Assembly: GCA_029550925.1 (NCBI GenBank)
Contig: JAKPGL010000016.1
Span: 1,734 to 65,733 of the forward strand
From: Planctomycetota bacterium
GTDB lineage: Bacteria; Planctomycetota; Planctomycetia; Pirellulales; Thermoguttaceae
Reading direction: 5' to 3'
DNA: 64,000 bases
A program made the translations under genes and the position numbers. Under the pieces are notes generated by a model, which did not search any database, was not told the DNA's origin, and saw only the letters and a program-made list of their open reading frames with translations. This document shows positions 36,216-48,068 of the stretch, piece after piece; position 1 is the stretch's first letter; every line of letters starts with the position of its first letter.

Positions 36216-37655
36216 ATGATCCCTTTCGATCCTTCCATGGCCGAAAGTTTTCCCAAACCGTTCGGCTCTTTCGAAGAGGCGTTGGATTGGCTGGCTAGCC
36301 GGATCGACTACGAACGGACCCGGCTCATGCCGTATGAAGAACGTTGTCTCCATTTGGACCGGATGCGTGGGCTGCTAGCCCTGTTGGGGGGGCCGGAAAG
36401 GAACTTGTGGGTGGTCCACGTAGCAGGGACAAAAGGGAAAGGTTCCACCTCGGCCATGATAGCCGCCATCCTGCAAACCGCCGGTTATACGACCGGACTA
36501 TTTACGTCGCCCCATTTGGAAAAGCTTCAAGAGCGATTCCGTATCAACAGCCAAATGCCCACCGACGAGGAACTCCTCCGACTTTTCAACGTCATTAGGC
36601 CGGCGGTGTGCCAGATGGACGAGCAGGCCGCCGTGCGAACCCCATCGGAAAAAGGCCCCACCTATTTTGAAATCCTGACGGCCTTGGCCCTGCTCCATTT
36701 CGCCCAGCAGAAGGTCCAGGCGGCGGTTTTGGAAGTAGGGCTGGGCGGTCGGCTTGATGCGACCAACGTCTGCCAGCCCTTTGTGTCGGTCATCACCAGC
36801 ATCAGTTTCGATCATACGCAACAGCTCGGCAACACCCTGGAGGCCATCGCCGGGGAAAAGGCCGGCATTATCAAACCGGGCAGGCCGGTCATCAGCGGGG
36901 TCGTTCAGCCGGGACCACGGGAGGTCATCCGACAGGTCTGCCAAACCCGACAGGCCCCTTTGATTGAATTGGACACCCACTTCCGATACCAGTACTATCC
37001 CCCCAAAAATCTCCCAGAGGGGCGTTCCTATGGCCGGATGGACTTTGAGTATGTTGGTCCCGGCGGCCCGTGGCGGTTGGCGGGGGTGGAAATTGGGCTG
37101 CTGGGTCGGCATCAGGCGGCCAACGCTGCCCTGGCCTTGGTTGTCATGGCGATGTTCCGGCAGGCAGGCTGGAAGATTTCCGAGGAGGCTTGTCGGGAGG
37201 CCCTGGCCCGCCTGGATTGGCCCGCCCGATGCCAACTGCTTTGCCGACGCCCGGCTGTCGTGGTGGATACGGCCCACAATGTCGCCTCGGTAGAGGCCCT
37301 GTTGGCCGTGCTGGAGGAATCGTTCGGGCCATGCCGACGGCTGTTGGTCTTTGGTACGACCCAAGATAAAGATGTCTCCGGAATGTTGGCCCGATTGCTT
37401 CCGAAGTTCGACCACGTGGTCCTGACCAATTACTTAGATAGTCCCCGGGCCCTGCCGGTCGAGGAGTTGGCCCGGTTGGCCGCCCAGATCGGAGGCCGGC
37501 CATATCCCACCGCTCCCACGCCGGCCCAAGCATGGGAAATGGTCCGCGCTCTGGCCAAGCCAGAAGACCTGATCTGCATTACCGGCTCGTTTTTTTTGAT
37601 CGGCCAGATGCTGCCCCTGCTCAGGGCCGCTGAAGAGAAAAACGTAACATTTTAG
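36216..37655 (+). CDS. folC: Bifunctional folylpolyglutamate synthase / dihydrofolate synthase
   Basis: 479 aa. The Mur-ligase P-loop is HVAGTKGKGST. Also has EVGLGGRLDATN and DTAHN. The last 3 codons and the TAG stop lie inside the terminal repeat of MITE copy 3. Confidence 0.85.
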   Translation: MIPFDPSMAESFPKPFGSFEEALDWLASRIDYERTRLMPYEERCLHLDRMRGLLALLGGPERNLWVVHVAGTKGKGSTSAMIAAILQTAGYTTGLFTSPHLEKLQERFRINSQMPTDEELLRLFNVIRPAVCQMDEQAAVRTPSEKGPTYFEILTALALLHFAQQKVQAAVLEVGLGGRLDATNVCQPFVSVITSISFDHTQQLGNTLEAIAGEKAGIIKPGRPVISGVVQPGPREVIRQVCQTRQAPLIELDTHFRYQYYPPKNLPEGRSYGRMDFEYVGPGGPWRLAGVEIGLLGRHQAANAALALVVMAMFRQAGWKISEEACREALARLDWPARCQLLCRRPAVVVDTAHNVASVEALLAVLEESFGPCRRLLVFGTTQDKDVSGMLARLLPKFDHVVLTNYLDSPRALPVEELARLAAQIGGRPYPTAPTPAQAWEMVRALAKPEDLICITGSFFLIGQMLPLLRAAEEKNVTF

Positions 37656-37871
37656 CCGAATGCAGTACCTTCTCACCGCCGCACAAGCGCCCAATCTAGG
37701 CTTCTGGCCGCCTCTACTTGGGAGGAATAACAATATAGCCGCCCCACAGGACCCTGGATGGAGAGCTTGCGCGGCAGTTACAATCTCCGGGGGATTCCCG
37801 TTAGAGCGGCAGTAACAATCCCGGGCAAGTTTCGCCATAAAATAAGCCTCCTTTACATTCGGCTGAAATTC
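37644..37871 (+). mobile_element. MITE-like palindromic repeat, copy 3 (228 bp, with an internal duplication of about 35 bp)
   Basis: The left terminus is GTAACATTTTAGCCGAATGCAG and the right terminus is degenerate (CATTCGGCTGAAATTC). AAAAAC flanks both ends, at 37638-37643 and 37872-37877. An internal tandem GCGGCAGT(T/A)ACAATC(T)CCGGG is present. Confidence 0.8.
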
Positions 37872-38006
37872 AAAAACTCTCGATGCTTGGCAGAGGACAT
37901 CCGCCGGGGCTTGCCGGAACATTTCCGGAGGGTTATCATTCTTCAATAGACGTGTGTTCCGCATGAAATTCCCCAACTTCGCTGTGGATAGAAGAGGCTG
38001 GTTGTC

Positions 38007-38462
38007 GTGAGGCAGATGGGTGCGAATCGGATGCTCGGTTGGCTGATGGCCGTCCTGTACGGTACGTTGGCCGTTTGGGGCGTCCAATTGCACCAAATGG
38101 CTGGCATCTCCCACCATATGTCCTTGGGGGCCTTCTCAGGGACGACTTCTTGTTGCCTCTCGGGGGACGCCCCTTGCCAGTCCGTTTTCCTGCAAACTCG
38201 GTTTGGGCAAAGGGCGGAAGATGGCATTGGACCGATCGGCAACGCCCCTCATTGGGAATGGGTTCCCTCGGAAGGGAAGTCTGTTCATGACCCGGCCTGT
38301 TGCTCCATCTGCCAGTATCTAGCCCAGGCGAAACTGGCGGCGTCGCCTCTGAAGGGCTTCTACGGCGGGACGCCCGCAGTTGCCTTCGTCCCGCTCGTGC
38401 CGTGGACAATACCCGCTATTTATTTCTGGACATTCTACGCTCGGGCGCCGCCGACTCTCTAA
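38007..38462 (+). CDS. Hypothetical Cys-rich membrane protein
   Basis: The 151-aa ORF starts at GTG 38007, with ATG alternatives at 38016 and 38031. It has hydrophobic N- and C-terminal segments and Cys clusters (TSCCLSGDAPC, PACCSICQY). The codon bias is plausible but no strong RBS is visible. Confidence 0.35.
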   Translation: MRQMGANRMLGWLMAVLYGTLAVWGVQLHQMAGISHHMSLGAFSGTTSCCLSGDAPCQSVFLQTRFGQRAEDGIGPIGNAPHWEWVPSEGKSVHDPACCSICQYLAQAKLAASPLKGFYGGTPAVAFVPLVPWTIPAIYFWTFYARAPPTL

Positions 38463-38853
38463 ATCTCTCTTGGGCAGCGATAGGAAAAACTTCCGCCGGA
38501 TTGGCGTGGACGCCATCTGCGGAAATCCTCTTTCGATAGCTGCTTCGTTCTTTGGGTCGCGACCATATCTGGTTGCCTCTGTTGTCCGGATAGGGGGCGA
38601 AAGCCTCTTTTCCTACGCCGTTTAGGTTCAGGAAATGGGACGTTTTAGATGAACATAAGATCGCATCTATGTTCCCTTTTCCAGATGCGGCCAATCGTCA
38701 TGCCCACGAAAACGAGAACCCAAAACAGGCCGTCCCTCTGAAATCCTTGGACTTCTGGTTGTCCAAGCCAGAGGGATACCGACGCCAAACAACGGAAATG
38801 CGGCAAGAGAAGAAATTTTTAAGAATGATATTTTATCGAAAAAGGAGATAAAT

Positions 38854-39762
38854 ATGTTCATGTATCGAAGGGGTTTCACCTTGGTGGAATTGTTAGTGGT
38901 CATTGCGATCATCGGGATTTTGATTGCCTTGCTGTTGCCGGCAGTGCAAGCGGCCCGAGAGGCGGCCCGACGCGCCCAGTGCTCCAATAACCTTAAACAG
39001 ATCGGCCTGGCCTGCCACATGTATCACGACACCTGGAAAGTGCTGCCCGCCGGATGGTTCGGCTATAATCCGAGCAACGGGCAGCCGCATTGGTTCGGCG
39101 TGCCCGGCTGGGGATGGGCGGCCAGAATTCTCCCCTACATGGAACAGGGCAACGTATATAAAAACGTCGTCCATTTCGAGTTGCCCATTACCCATCCAAG
39201 CAACGCCGAAGCCCGCATTTTTCCCATCGCCACATTTCGTTGCCCATCGGACATCGGCGGCAAGACCTTCCAGCTCGCCAAAGGGGAAGACACGCCCTGT
39301 TTAGATTCTGGCAGTGGTTTCCCGTTGGAGTTGGCCGTGGGCAATTACATCGGCATGTTCGGCGTGCTGGACCTTCACGATGTCTGCGCGGCGGCGGGCA
39401 GTCGATGTGAGGGCGATGGGACTTTCTTTTTGAATCGGGGAGTTGGATTCCAAGAGATTACCGACGGTCTGAGCCAGACCCTGATCGTCGGCGAACGGAG
39501 CTCGAAATTGGCGCCTTCTACGTGGGTGGGAGTGGTTACCTGCGGACAGCATGGGCCGGCCCGTGTAGTGGGTATGGCCTGTGCTCCGCCAAACTCCCTG
39601 GAAGGCGAAGACCCCTTCCATAACTTCAGCAGCTTTCATCCTGGCGGAGTTCATTTTCTGCTGGGCGATGGATCGGTGCGGTTCTTTTCCGACAATATCG
39701 AGATGAAAGTGTATCAAGCCCTTTCCACCCGCAGCGGCGGCGAAGCGATGAGTAATTACTGA
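38854..39762 (+). CDS. DUF1559 protein with prepilin-type N-terminal cleavage/methylation motif
   Basis: ATG follows AAGGAG. The N-terminus is [55 protein letters not shown]. The C-terminus has [16 protein letters not shown]. Confidence 0.85.
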   Translation: MFMYRRGFTLVELLVVIAIIGILIALLLPAVQAAREAARRAQCSNNLKQIGLACHMYHDTWKVLPAGWFGYNPSNGQPHWFGVPGWGWAARILPYMEQGNVYKNVVHFELPITHPSNAEARIFPIATFRCPSDIGGKTFQLAKGEDTPCLDSGSGFPLELAVGNYIGMFGVLDLHDVCAAAGSRCEGDGTFFLNRGVGFQEITDGLSQTLIVGERSSKLAPSTWVGVVTCGQHGPARVVGMACAPPNSLEGEDPFHNFSSFHPGGVHFLLGDGSVRFFSDNIEMKVYQALSTRSGGEAMSNY

Positions 39763-39949
39763 ACCTGCTGGCTGCGGCCACGAAGGGTACGACGCAGGGA
39801 TAAAACCCATCGACGGCGCGGCGGCGGTCTATCCGGCAGTGCTGGCTGGCGGGACCTTCACTCCTTGAACCACTTGCCTTCGTGCTAGGGGGCGGGGCGG
39901 CGCTTGGGGCAGAATCGATGCTGCCGCTTCGTTGCCGACAAACTCGGCG

Positions 39950-42022
<2,073 letters not shown>

Positions 42023-42350
42023 TCACAAGCGGGCGGGGGAAGAGAGGCCTTGATCGTCCCCTCAATAGCGGGGCGCAGCCGTTGGGGAAATGTCTGCCGC
42101 CGATAGTCCACCGGGTGAAAAGAAGCGTTTTCGCCGCCCTCTCGAAAAGAGCCCGCCCAAGCGGGGGAGAAAGACGGCGGGAGCCGGCGAAGAATAAACT
42201 TTTGTTCCTTATTGACAATTTTGTCAAAAATTTTATCTTGGAGGTTTCTTTTAGTTCGAACACTCTGCTCTGAAAGATTCTTCCAGGATTTCGGGATAGG
42301 CAAACCAGGAAGATTTTTCTGATCATGGCGTTTGGGAAAGGAGCCTGCAG

Positions 42351-42596
42351 GTGCCGAAGTCTGTCTTAGAGGCGATCAAGTTAGGCCAATGGGACTATGA
42401 ACCGCCCGAAGTATCCTTAGAACTCTACGAAGCCACCGATGCGATGCCGGGTACCCCGGCCAAACTGGAGATCATGGCCGAGCGGGTTCGGGCCGGCTTG
42501 CCGCTGTGGCATCCGCTGGATCGTCAGGACATGGAGGCCGATCCACCCCCAAAAAGCCGTCCAAAACTCCGCTCTTGCCGGCCAAAACCGAAATAA
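42351..42596 (+). CDS. Small hypothetical protein (81 aa)
   Basis: A GTG start lies 8 nt after AAAGGAG. The sequence is VPKSVLEAIKLGQWDYEPPEV..AERVRAGLPLWHPLD with a basic Pro-rich tail. No domain recognised. Confidence 0.4.
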   Translation: MPKSVLEAIKLGQWDYEPPEVSLELYEATDAMPGTPAKLEIMAERVRAGLPLWHPLDRQDMEADPPPKSRPKLRSCRPKPK

Positions 42597-42808
42597 TGTC
42601 GCTGATTTTTAATCGTTAGATCAGCCCATTTCGGCCAGTGTAAGGAAAGCCTAAAAATACAACGTCTGTCGGGGCAGGTGGGCTTCGCGCTCCATTCCAA
42701 GAGCAATGGTCGGGGCATCTTCCGAGGGCTAGGCCGCGCCTTGAAAGTGCGGGAAAAGATTTGCACCTTCCCTAGATGGCGACGGCGGTACTGCTCGATT
42801 CCGCTCAT

Positions 42809-44083
42809 CTATTCGTCTGGTTGGTTGGGGCGGAAGCCTTCCATAGGTTTCGGGTAGGGCATGGGGATGATCGGCTCGCGGTGGACGTAAACCCCATAAT
42901 GCACCACCGTACCGCCGAAACTCACTCCGCCGCCAGCCAGCCCCAGGTTGTCCGTTCGGATGCCGGCGCCGGAGCCAGGCGTTTGCGCCCGATGACTACC
43001 CGCTCGAACAATCCGTTTGAAGAACTCGATGGCTTCCCGATCCACCCCGGCCCGTTCTGCGGCCGGCGTGTCCTTCTCTAACAGGATGCAATCCACCGCA
43101 TAGGCGTCCAAAAGTTTCGGCAGCAACTCTTGGGCGATCCGGGCGTCGCCGAACATCTCCGCCCCTACGGGCCGACGGCCCTGCAAAAACAAAAAACCCA
43201 TCGTTCTGGCGGGGATTCGGGGGGCAATCTCCTTTTGTACTTTGTCCAAATCCCGCCGTACGTGCGGGGCTTCCAGGGCCATCTGGAGGTTTTCGGAAGG
43301 GCTTGCCGCCTGAAGTTTCTGAGCCAATCCACGGACCGACTCCCATACACTACTTTGACCTTCCCCTTGGACAATCCGCTGTTGGACCGCCAAAGGCGCC
43401 ATCCGAGAACTGCCTGAAAACTTCTCATCGCCATGCCAGCGGCCTCGTTCGACGCAAAAGACGTTCAACTCCACCCGTTGCCCGGGGGCCAGGATCACAT
43501 CCTCCCGAACGGTGCGGGTCTGTTTGCCGCCCGAAAGGATCTCGCCGCGCATGATAAAGACATATTCGTCCCGACTTCGGTTTTCGACCATCACCACCGG
43601 CACGCTGCCGCCCTCCTTTTCGGTAATCACCAGGACGCCTCTACGCATGGCCTCGTCCAGAGTCCACCATCGGCCTTCTAACCGCCCGCCATGTTCGAGA
43701 AAGAGAGGATAGACGGCCAGTTGGCGATAGAAGATCGGTTCGCCGATCTGGACCTGATCCAGATAGCGGGCCAATTCTGGCACATGGGCGTCGCTGGGGG
43801 GACGGGCTGAGGAGTGTCCTTGAAAGCTGACCCACTGGAGCAGTTCTTCCGATTCTCCCTCTCTTGGAGTATAGATGATGCCCCATTCGTCCGCTTCATT
43901 CTGGGGAGTCCTCTGAAAAAACTTCTTCGTTCTGTTTTGGAGCTCCTCGGACGCCAAAAGAAAACCGAACCCTATTACTCCTAGGAATGCCCCTCCAAAG
44001 AGGCATGTAAATAACACCCGTCGGCTTGTTTTCTGTTCGGGTACCCATTCCGCTCGCACTAGTTCGCCTTTTGCCTCGCCCAT
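42809..44083 (-). CDS. Membrane-anchored protein with a DUF6569 / ARPP-1-like domain (tentative)
   Basis: ATG at 44083 has AAAGGAGA 7 nt upstream. One TM is present (VLFTCLFGGAFLGVIGFGFLL). The core YRQLAVYPLF..WWTLDEAMRRGVLVITEKE..VPVVMVENRSRDEYVFIMRGEILSGGKQTRTV..VFCVERGRWHG resembles that family from memory. Confidence 0.6.
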   Translation of the reverse strand: MGEAKGELVRAEWVPEQKTSRRVLFTCLFGGAFLGVIGFGFLLASEELQNRTKKFFQRTPQNEADEWGIIYTPREGESEELLQWVSFQGHSSARPPSDAHVPELARYLDQVQIGEPIFYRQLAVYPLFLEHGGRLEGRWWTLDEAMRRGVLVITEKEGGSVPVVMVENRSRDEYVFIMRGEILSGGKQTRTVREDVILAPGQRVELNVFCVERGRWHGDEKFSGSSRMAPLAVQQRIVQGEGQSSVWESVRGLAQKLQAASPSENLQMALEAPHVRRDLDKVQKEIAPRIPARTMGFLFLQGRRPVGAEMFGDARIAQELLPKLLDAYAVDCILLEKDTPAAERAGVDREAIEFFKRIVRAGSHRAQTPGSGAGIRTDNLGLAGGGVSFGGTVVHYGVYVHREPIIPMPYPKPMEGFRPNQPDE

Positions 44084-44426
44084 TGTTCGGTCTCCTTTAT
44101 CGTTTAGACCGTCTGTGCCCTCTAGGAAGAGTGCTTGGGAACCCCGGGGCAGCCCAACCATCAACTCCTCTTGAATTTAGATGGCTTTTCCGTCCGAAAA
44201 GTTCTATGGCGCATAAAACCGCGGAAAACAAAGATAGGGGAAAAGTGCAGTTTAATGAATATAGATAAGATAGGTAATTTTTCGGAGAGATTTTTCACCT
44301 CCCGGGGACATTCCTATCCCGGAACTTCTTTCCCGTTCTGTTGGTTCCGCTCTAGGGGGCCTGCTCCAGGAACCCCCTTTCCCTTTTCTTGGGGGAGATT
44401 TCCTCATTTTTTTCTATAGATAGGAC

Positions 44427-46940
44427 ATGAACAACGACTTTTTCAGCCGACACGGCTTCAAAGTGCTTTTGGTGATTGCCTTTTTGGCCCCGATGATGTT
44501 GGCCGGGACCCGACGCTCGTTGCAGAGCAACAGCAACGACGTGAAGGCCTGGTTGCCGGATGCCTATGAAGAGACAGCCGTCTTCAAATGGTATCAGCAA
44601 CACTTTGAAGGCGATACGTTTGTGATGGTCAGTTGGGAGGGCTGTACGCTGGACAGCCCGGCCCTGAGTCTGATGGCCAAAAAGTTGCAGCCGCCTCCGG
44701 TGCCCGAAAATCAGCCCTGGCCTACGGAGCCGGAGTTTTTTTCCTCCGTGCGCACCGGCAAAGACATCCTGCAAATGCTCATCGACGAACAGGGGTTGGA
44801 GCCGGAAGAGGCGGTCAACCGCCTACGGGGTTTTTTGATCGGCCAAGACGGCAAGCAAACCTGTCTGCTTTTGACGATATCCGCATCCGGACAGGAGCGA
44901 TGGGAGGCGGAATGGGCGGCGGGGAAGCGGAAACAGAAGTTTTTGCACGCCGCCTTGGATCGCATCCGTCAGGTGGCCTCGCAGGAATGCGCCATTCCGG
45001 AAGCCGACCTGCACATGGGCGGTCCGCCGGTCGATAACGTGGCCATCGACTTAGAAGGCCAACGCTCTTTGTATCGCCTGGCCGGGGTGTCGGCGGTGGT
45101 GGGAATCCTGATGTCCTGGTGGTGTTTGCGCCACTGGGGGCTGACCTATATGGTCTTTACCTGTGGGTTGTTTACGGCGGGTTGTAGCTTGGCGGTGGTT
45201 TATCTGACGGGGACGCGGATGAACGCCATTTTGCTCACCATGCCGTCGCTGGTGTATGTGGCGGCCATTTCGGGAGCGATCCACCTTGCCAATTACTATC
45301 GGGACGAGGTTCGACAACATGGATTGGAGGGGGCGCCCACCCGGGCCGTCAAAGCCGCCTGGTTGCCGCTGTTTTTGGCCACCGCGACGACGGCAATCGG
45401 TCTGGCGTCGATGTACATAAGCGAATTGGTCCCCATCCAGCTTTTCGGGCTTTACTCGGCGATTGGGGTGGGCATTAGCTTCGTGATCGTTTGTACCTAT
45501 ATGCCGGCGATGCTCCAGTGGATTCCCATCCGCAGTTTCGCCGATCCCCAAGCCGCCAATTCGTCCGACCCATTGCTCTCGGCCCGTTGGCAGTCGGTGG
45601 GTGAGTGGATACTGCGACGATGGGGGCTGGTGTTGGGGGGGTGTTTGGTCCTGATGGCCATCGGGACCTACGGCGTTACCCAGGTGGAGACCTCGGTGAA
45701 GCTGATGCGGCTGTTTTCCTCCAAAGCCCGGATCATTGAAGACTATGCGTGGTTGGAAAAACACCTGGGGCCGTTGGTGCCGCTGGAAGTCGTGCTGCGG
45801 ATCGATCCGCAGAAAAGTGGGCTGGATACCTTGGACCAATTGCAACTGGTCGAAGCGGTGCGTCGCCAGGCGGCGAAATTGCCGGAGGTGGGCAGCGTGC
45901 TGGCCGCCTCGACGTTTGCCCGGCCTATACCGGAACGCCCCGGCATGATCGAACGCCGCACCTGGAACGTCCGGTTGGAACGCAGCCGAAAGGCCCTGGC
46001 CGACTTCCTCCAGGCCGAAAACCAACAGAACCTCTGGCGCATCAGCGTGCGCGTGGGAGCACTTACGGACCTGGACTACGCCCTGTTTATCCAAGATATC
46101 CAACGGGAAGTGGAGCAAGTGCTCGACGGCTATCGGTCGCAGGGAATCGAAGGCGTGGAAGCCATCTATACCGGAGTGGTCCCCCTGGTCTATAAAGCCC
46201 AGCATTCCCTTCTGGACAATCTTATTTTTGGATTCGCCGGGGACCTGATCCTCATCTGTGTGGCCATGGTCTTCTTGATGCGGTGCTTTACCTCGGGACT
46301 GCTTTTGGCCTTACCGTGTCTATTCCCGTTGGCGGTGGTTTTTGGGACGATGGGGCTTGCGGGCGTGGTGGTGGATACCGGCACGGTGATGACGCCGGCG
46401 GTGGCCTTCGGCGTTACGGTGGATGATGCGATCCATTTTATGCTGTGGTGTCGGCATGGTCAGGAGCGAGGCATGAATCGACGGCAGGCGATCATGTTTG
46501 CCTACGAAGATTGCGCCCGGGCCATTTATCAGAGTTGGGGGGTGATTGGGCTGGGACTGTCGGCCTTTGCCCTCAGCTCGTTTACCCCCACGAGACGATT
46601 CGGCATCTTGATGCTGACGATGTTGACGGCATCGTCGTTTAGCAACTTGGTGTTTTTACCGGCGCTACTAGCCAGTCCGTTTGCCCATTTCTTCTGGAAA
46701 GGCGGAGAGAAGCAGCTTCGGAAACACCGGAAAGAGAAGCAACTCGGTGAACAACCCAAGCCTCATTTTCCTGCCGGTGTTGCCGAATCGCTTGCCGGGG
46801 AGGAGGTATTACATCCTGCGGGAGGGAATCAACTACCTCAAAAGGAGGAAATTCTCCTGGCCGGTCCCCATTTTCCGAAAAAATTTCAAGATACTTCTGA
46901 AACTTCCTTATCTTTTTCCGGTCCCTTGGGAGTAGAATAA
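44427..46940 (+). CDS. MMPL/RND-superfamily transporter (HpnN-like architecture)
   Basis: 837 aa. Two blocks of about 6 hydrophobic helices are each preceded by a large soluble loop. The C-terminal tail is hydrophilic. Confidence 0.8.
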   Translation: MNNDFFSRHGFKVLLVIAFLAPMMLAGTRRSLQSNSNDVKAWLPDAYEETAVFKWYQQHFEGDTFVMVSWEGCTLDSPALSLMAKKLQPPPVPENQPWPTEPEFFSSVRTGKDILQMLIDEQGLEPEEAVNRLRGFLIGQDGKQTCLLLTISASGQERWEAEWAAGKRKQKFLHAALDRIRQVASQECAIPEADLHMGGPPVDNVAIDLEGQRSLYRLAGVSAVVGILMSWWCLRHWGLTYMVFTCGLFTAGCSLAVVYLTGTRMNAILLTMPSLVYVAAISGAIHLANYYRDEVRQHGLEGAPTRAVKAAWLPLFLATATTAIGLASMYISELVPIQLFGLYSAIGVGISFVIVCTYMPAMLQWIPIRSFADPQAANSSDPLLSARWQSVGEWILRRWGLVLGGCLVLMAIGTYGVTQVETSVKLMRLFSSKARIIEDYAWLEKHLGPLVPLEVVLRIDPQKSGLDTLDQLQLVEAVRRQAAKLPEVGSVLAASTFARPIPERPGMIERRTWNVRLERSRKALADFLQAENQQNLWRISVRVGALTDLDYALFIQDIQREVEQVLDGYRSQGIEGVEAIYTGVVPLVYKAQHSLLDNLIFGFAGDLILICVAMVFLMRCFTSGLLLALPCLFPLAVVFGTMGLAGVVVDTGTVMTPAVAFGVTVDDAIHFMLWCRHGQERGMNRRQAIMFAYEDCARAIYQSWGVIGLGLSAFALSSFTPTRRFGILMLTMLTASSFSNLVFLPALLASPFAHFFWKGGEKQLRKHRKEKQLGEQPKPHFPAGVAESLAGEEVLHPAGGNQLPQKEEILLAGPHFPKKFQDTSETSLSFSGPLGVE

Positions 46941-47028
46941 TAGGAAAGCGAACCTTTTAGCCTAATGGTTCCGTAAGAACCCAAAGGCATCCCCACCTTC
47001 TGTTATTATTTTCCAAAGGACCCCCCCT

Positions 47029-47241
47029 ATGTTTGGCATCGGTACCACAGAGTTGCTCGTCATTTGCATTTTGGCGCTGATTTTGTTTGGCAATCGGCTG
47101 CCTTCGGTAATGCGGTCTTTAGGGCAGGGTATTACCGAGTTTAAGAAGGGGCTGCGAGACGAAGACGTTGCTCCACAGTCTCCCCAGGAAAGCTCCCAAT
47201 CTTCCCCAAAAGATGTGTCCGCATCCCACCCATCTGGGTAA
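47029..47241 (+). CDS. tatA: Twin-arginine translocase TatA/E subunit
   Basis: 70 aa. The sequence MFGIGTTELLVICILALILFGNRLPSVMRSLGQGITEFKKG gives a TM followed by an amphipathic helix. Confidence 0.85.
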   Translation: MFGIGTTELLVICILALILFGNRLPSVMRSLGQGITEFKKGLRDEDVAPQSPQESSQSSPKDVSASHPSG

Positions 47242-47378
47242 TTTGGACTGGATCGGGCCAGACCAGCCGCCACAAGTTATTGCAGTAAAGACTGTTATCT
47301 TACCATCTATGGCGGTTGCGTAGCACACCGGTAGCCTTCCAAAAGAGCCTGCCGCTTTTACGCCTTTCCTTATTCCTT

Positions 47379-47585
47379 GTAATTATTCAGCCGAGTGCAG
47401 AAGTACCGGAATTTTCTTAGCAAACCCCGAGATTTTTCCGGCGAATATGTCATTCCCGCTCTAACGGGAATCTAGGCTTCTTGCAGCCGCTACTTGGGAG
47501 GAATAACAAGGTCGCCGCCTCACAGGACCCTGGATTGAGAGCTTGCGTGGGAATGACAACGTACTGCATTCGGCTAAAATGTTAC
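47379..47585 (+). mobile_element. MITE-like palindromic repeat, copy 4 (variant left arm)
   Basis: The left terminus is GTAATTATTCAGCCGAGTGCAG and the right terminus is CGTACTGCATTCGGCTAAAATGTTAC. The core CTAGGCTTCTTGCAGCCGCTACTTGGGAGGAATAACAA..GGACCCTGGATTGAGAGCTTGCGTGGGAATGACAA is shared with the other copies. No target duplication seen. Confidence 0.75.
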
Positions 47586-48068
47586 CACAATTTTGATTGT
47601 GGCGGTCAACTTTTATTGTTTCGGTCAACCTTCGGCCTAGCGGGCGAGGCTCAGTCCAGCTTATTGTCTTTACGAGGGGTTTTGGAGGTTTGGGACAGAT
47701 AGGAAGTCTGAAAAGAATGAGAAAGTCAGGGAGCTTTAAGAAAAATAAATGAATTCTTTGGATTTTTTCGGGGATAACACAAAAGGGGGCGAAAGTTTAA
47801 GAGACATCCCCTAATAAGCGGCCGGGAAAATACTTTTCCGGTAAGATAGGCAATCCGCTCAGGAAGAAAATCGGGGAAAGGGAAAAAATTCCCGTTTCCT
47901 TACAAGAGTTTTGGACATTATAATTGGGCCTTATTTCCGCCGATCGACGGAGCTACTTTCACGGAACCCCGGAAGGGAGTAAGACGTTAGGCGGGCTTGG
48001 CTAGCCTATCCTAGGCGTCTGTACTCATTCCTTGGGGCTATTGATCCGCTCATTCATGGACGGAGATT

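Noticed and set aside
37434-38117. ORFs that read through the MITE copies and share recurring peptides such as ..YCIRLKCY.. (also at 3438-3878, 14999-15382, 47481-47702, 52430-52621 and 52655-52888).
   Set aside because: The peptide similarity only reflects the repeated DNA read in one frame. The frames and strands are inconsistent between copies, the ORFs start or stop at arbitrary points, and no RBS is present. I treat these as non-coding repeats.
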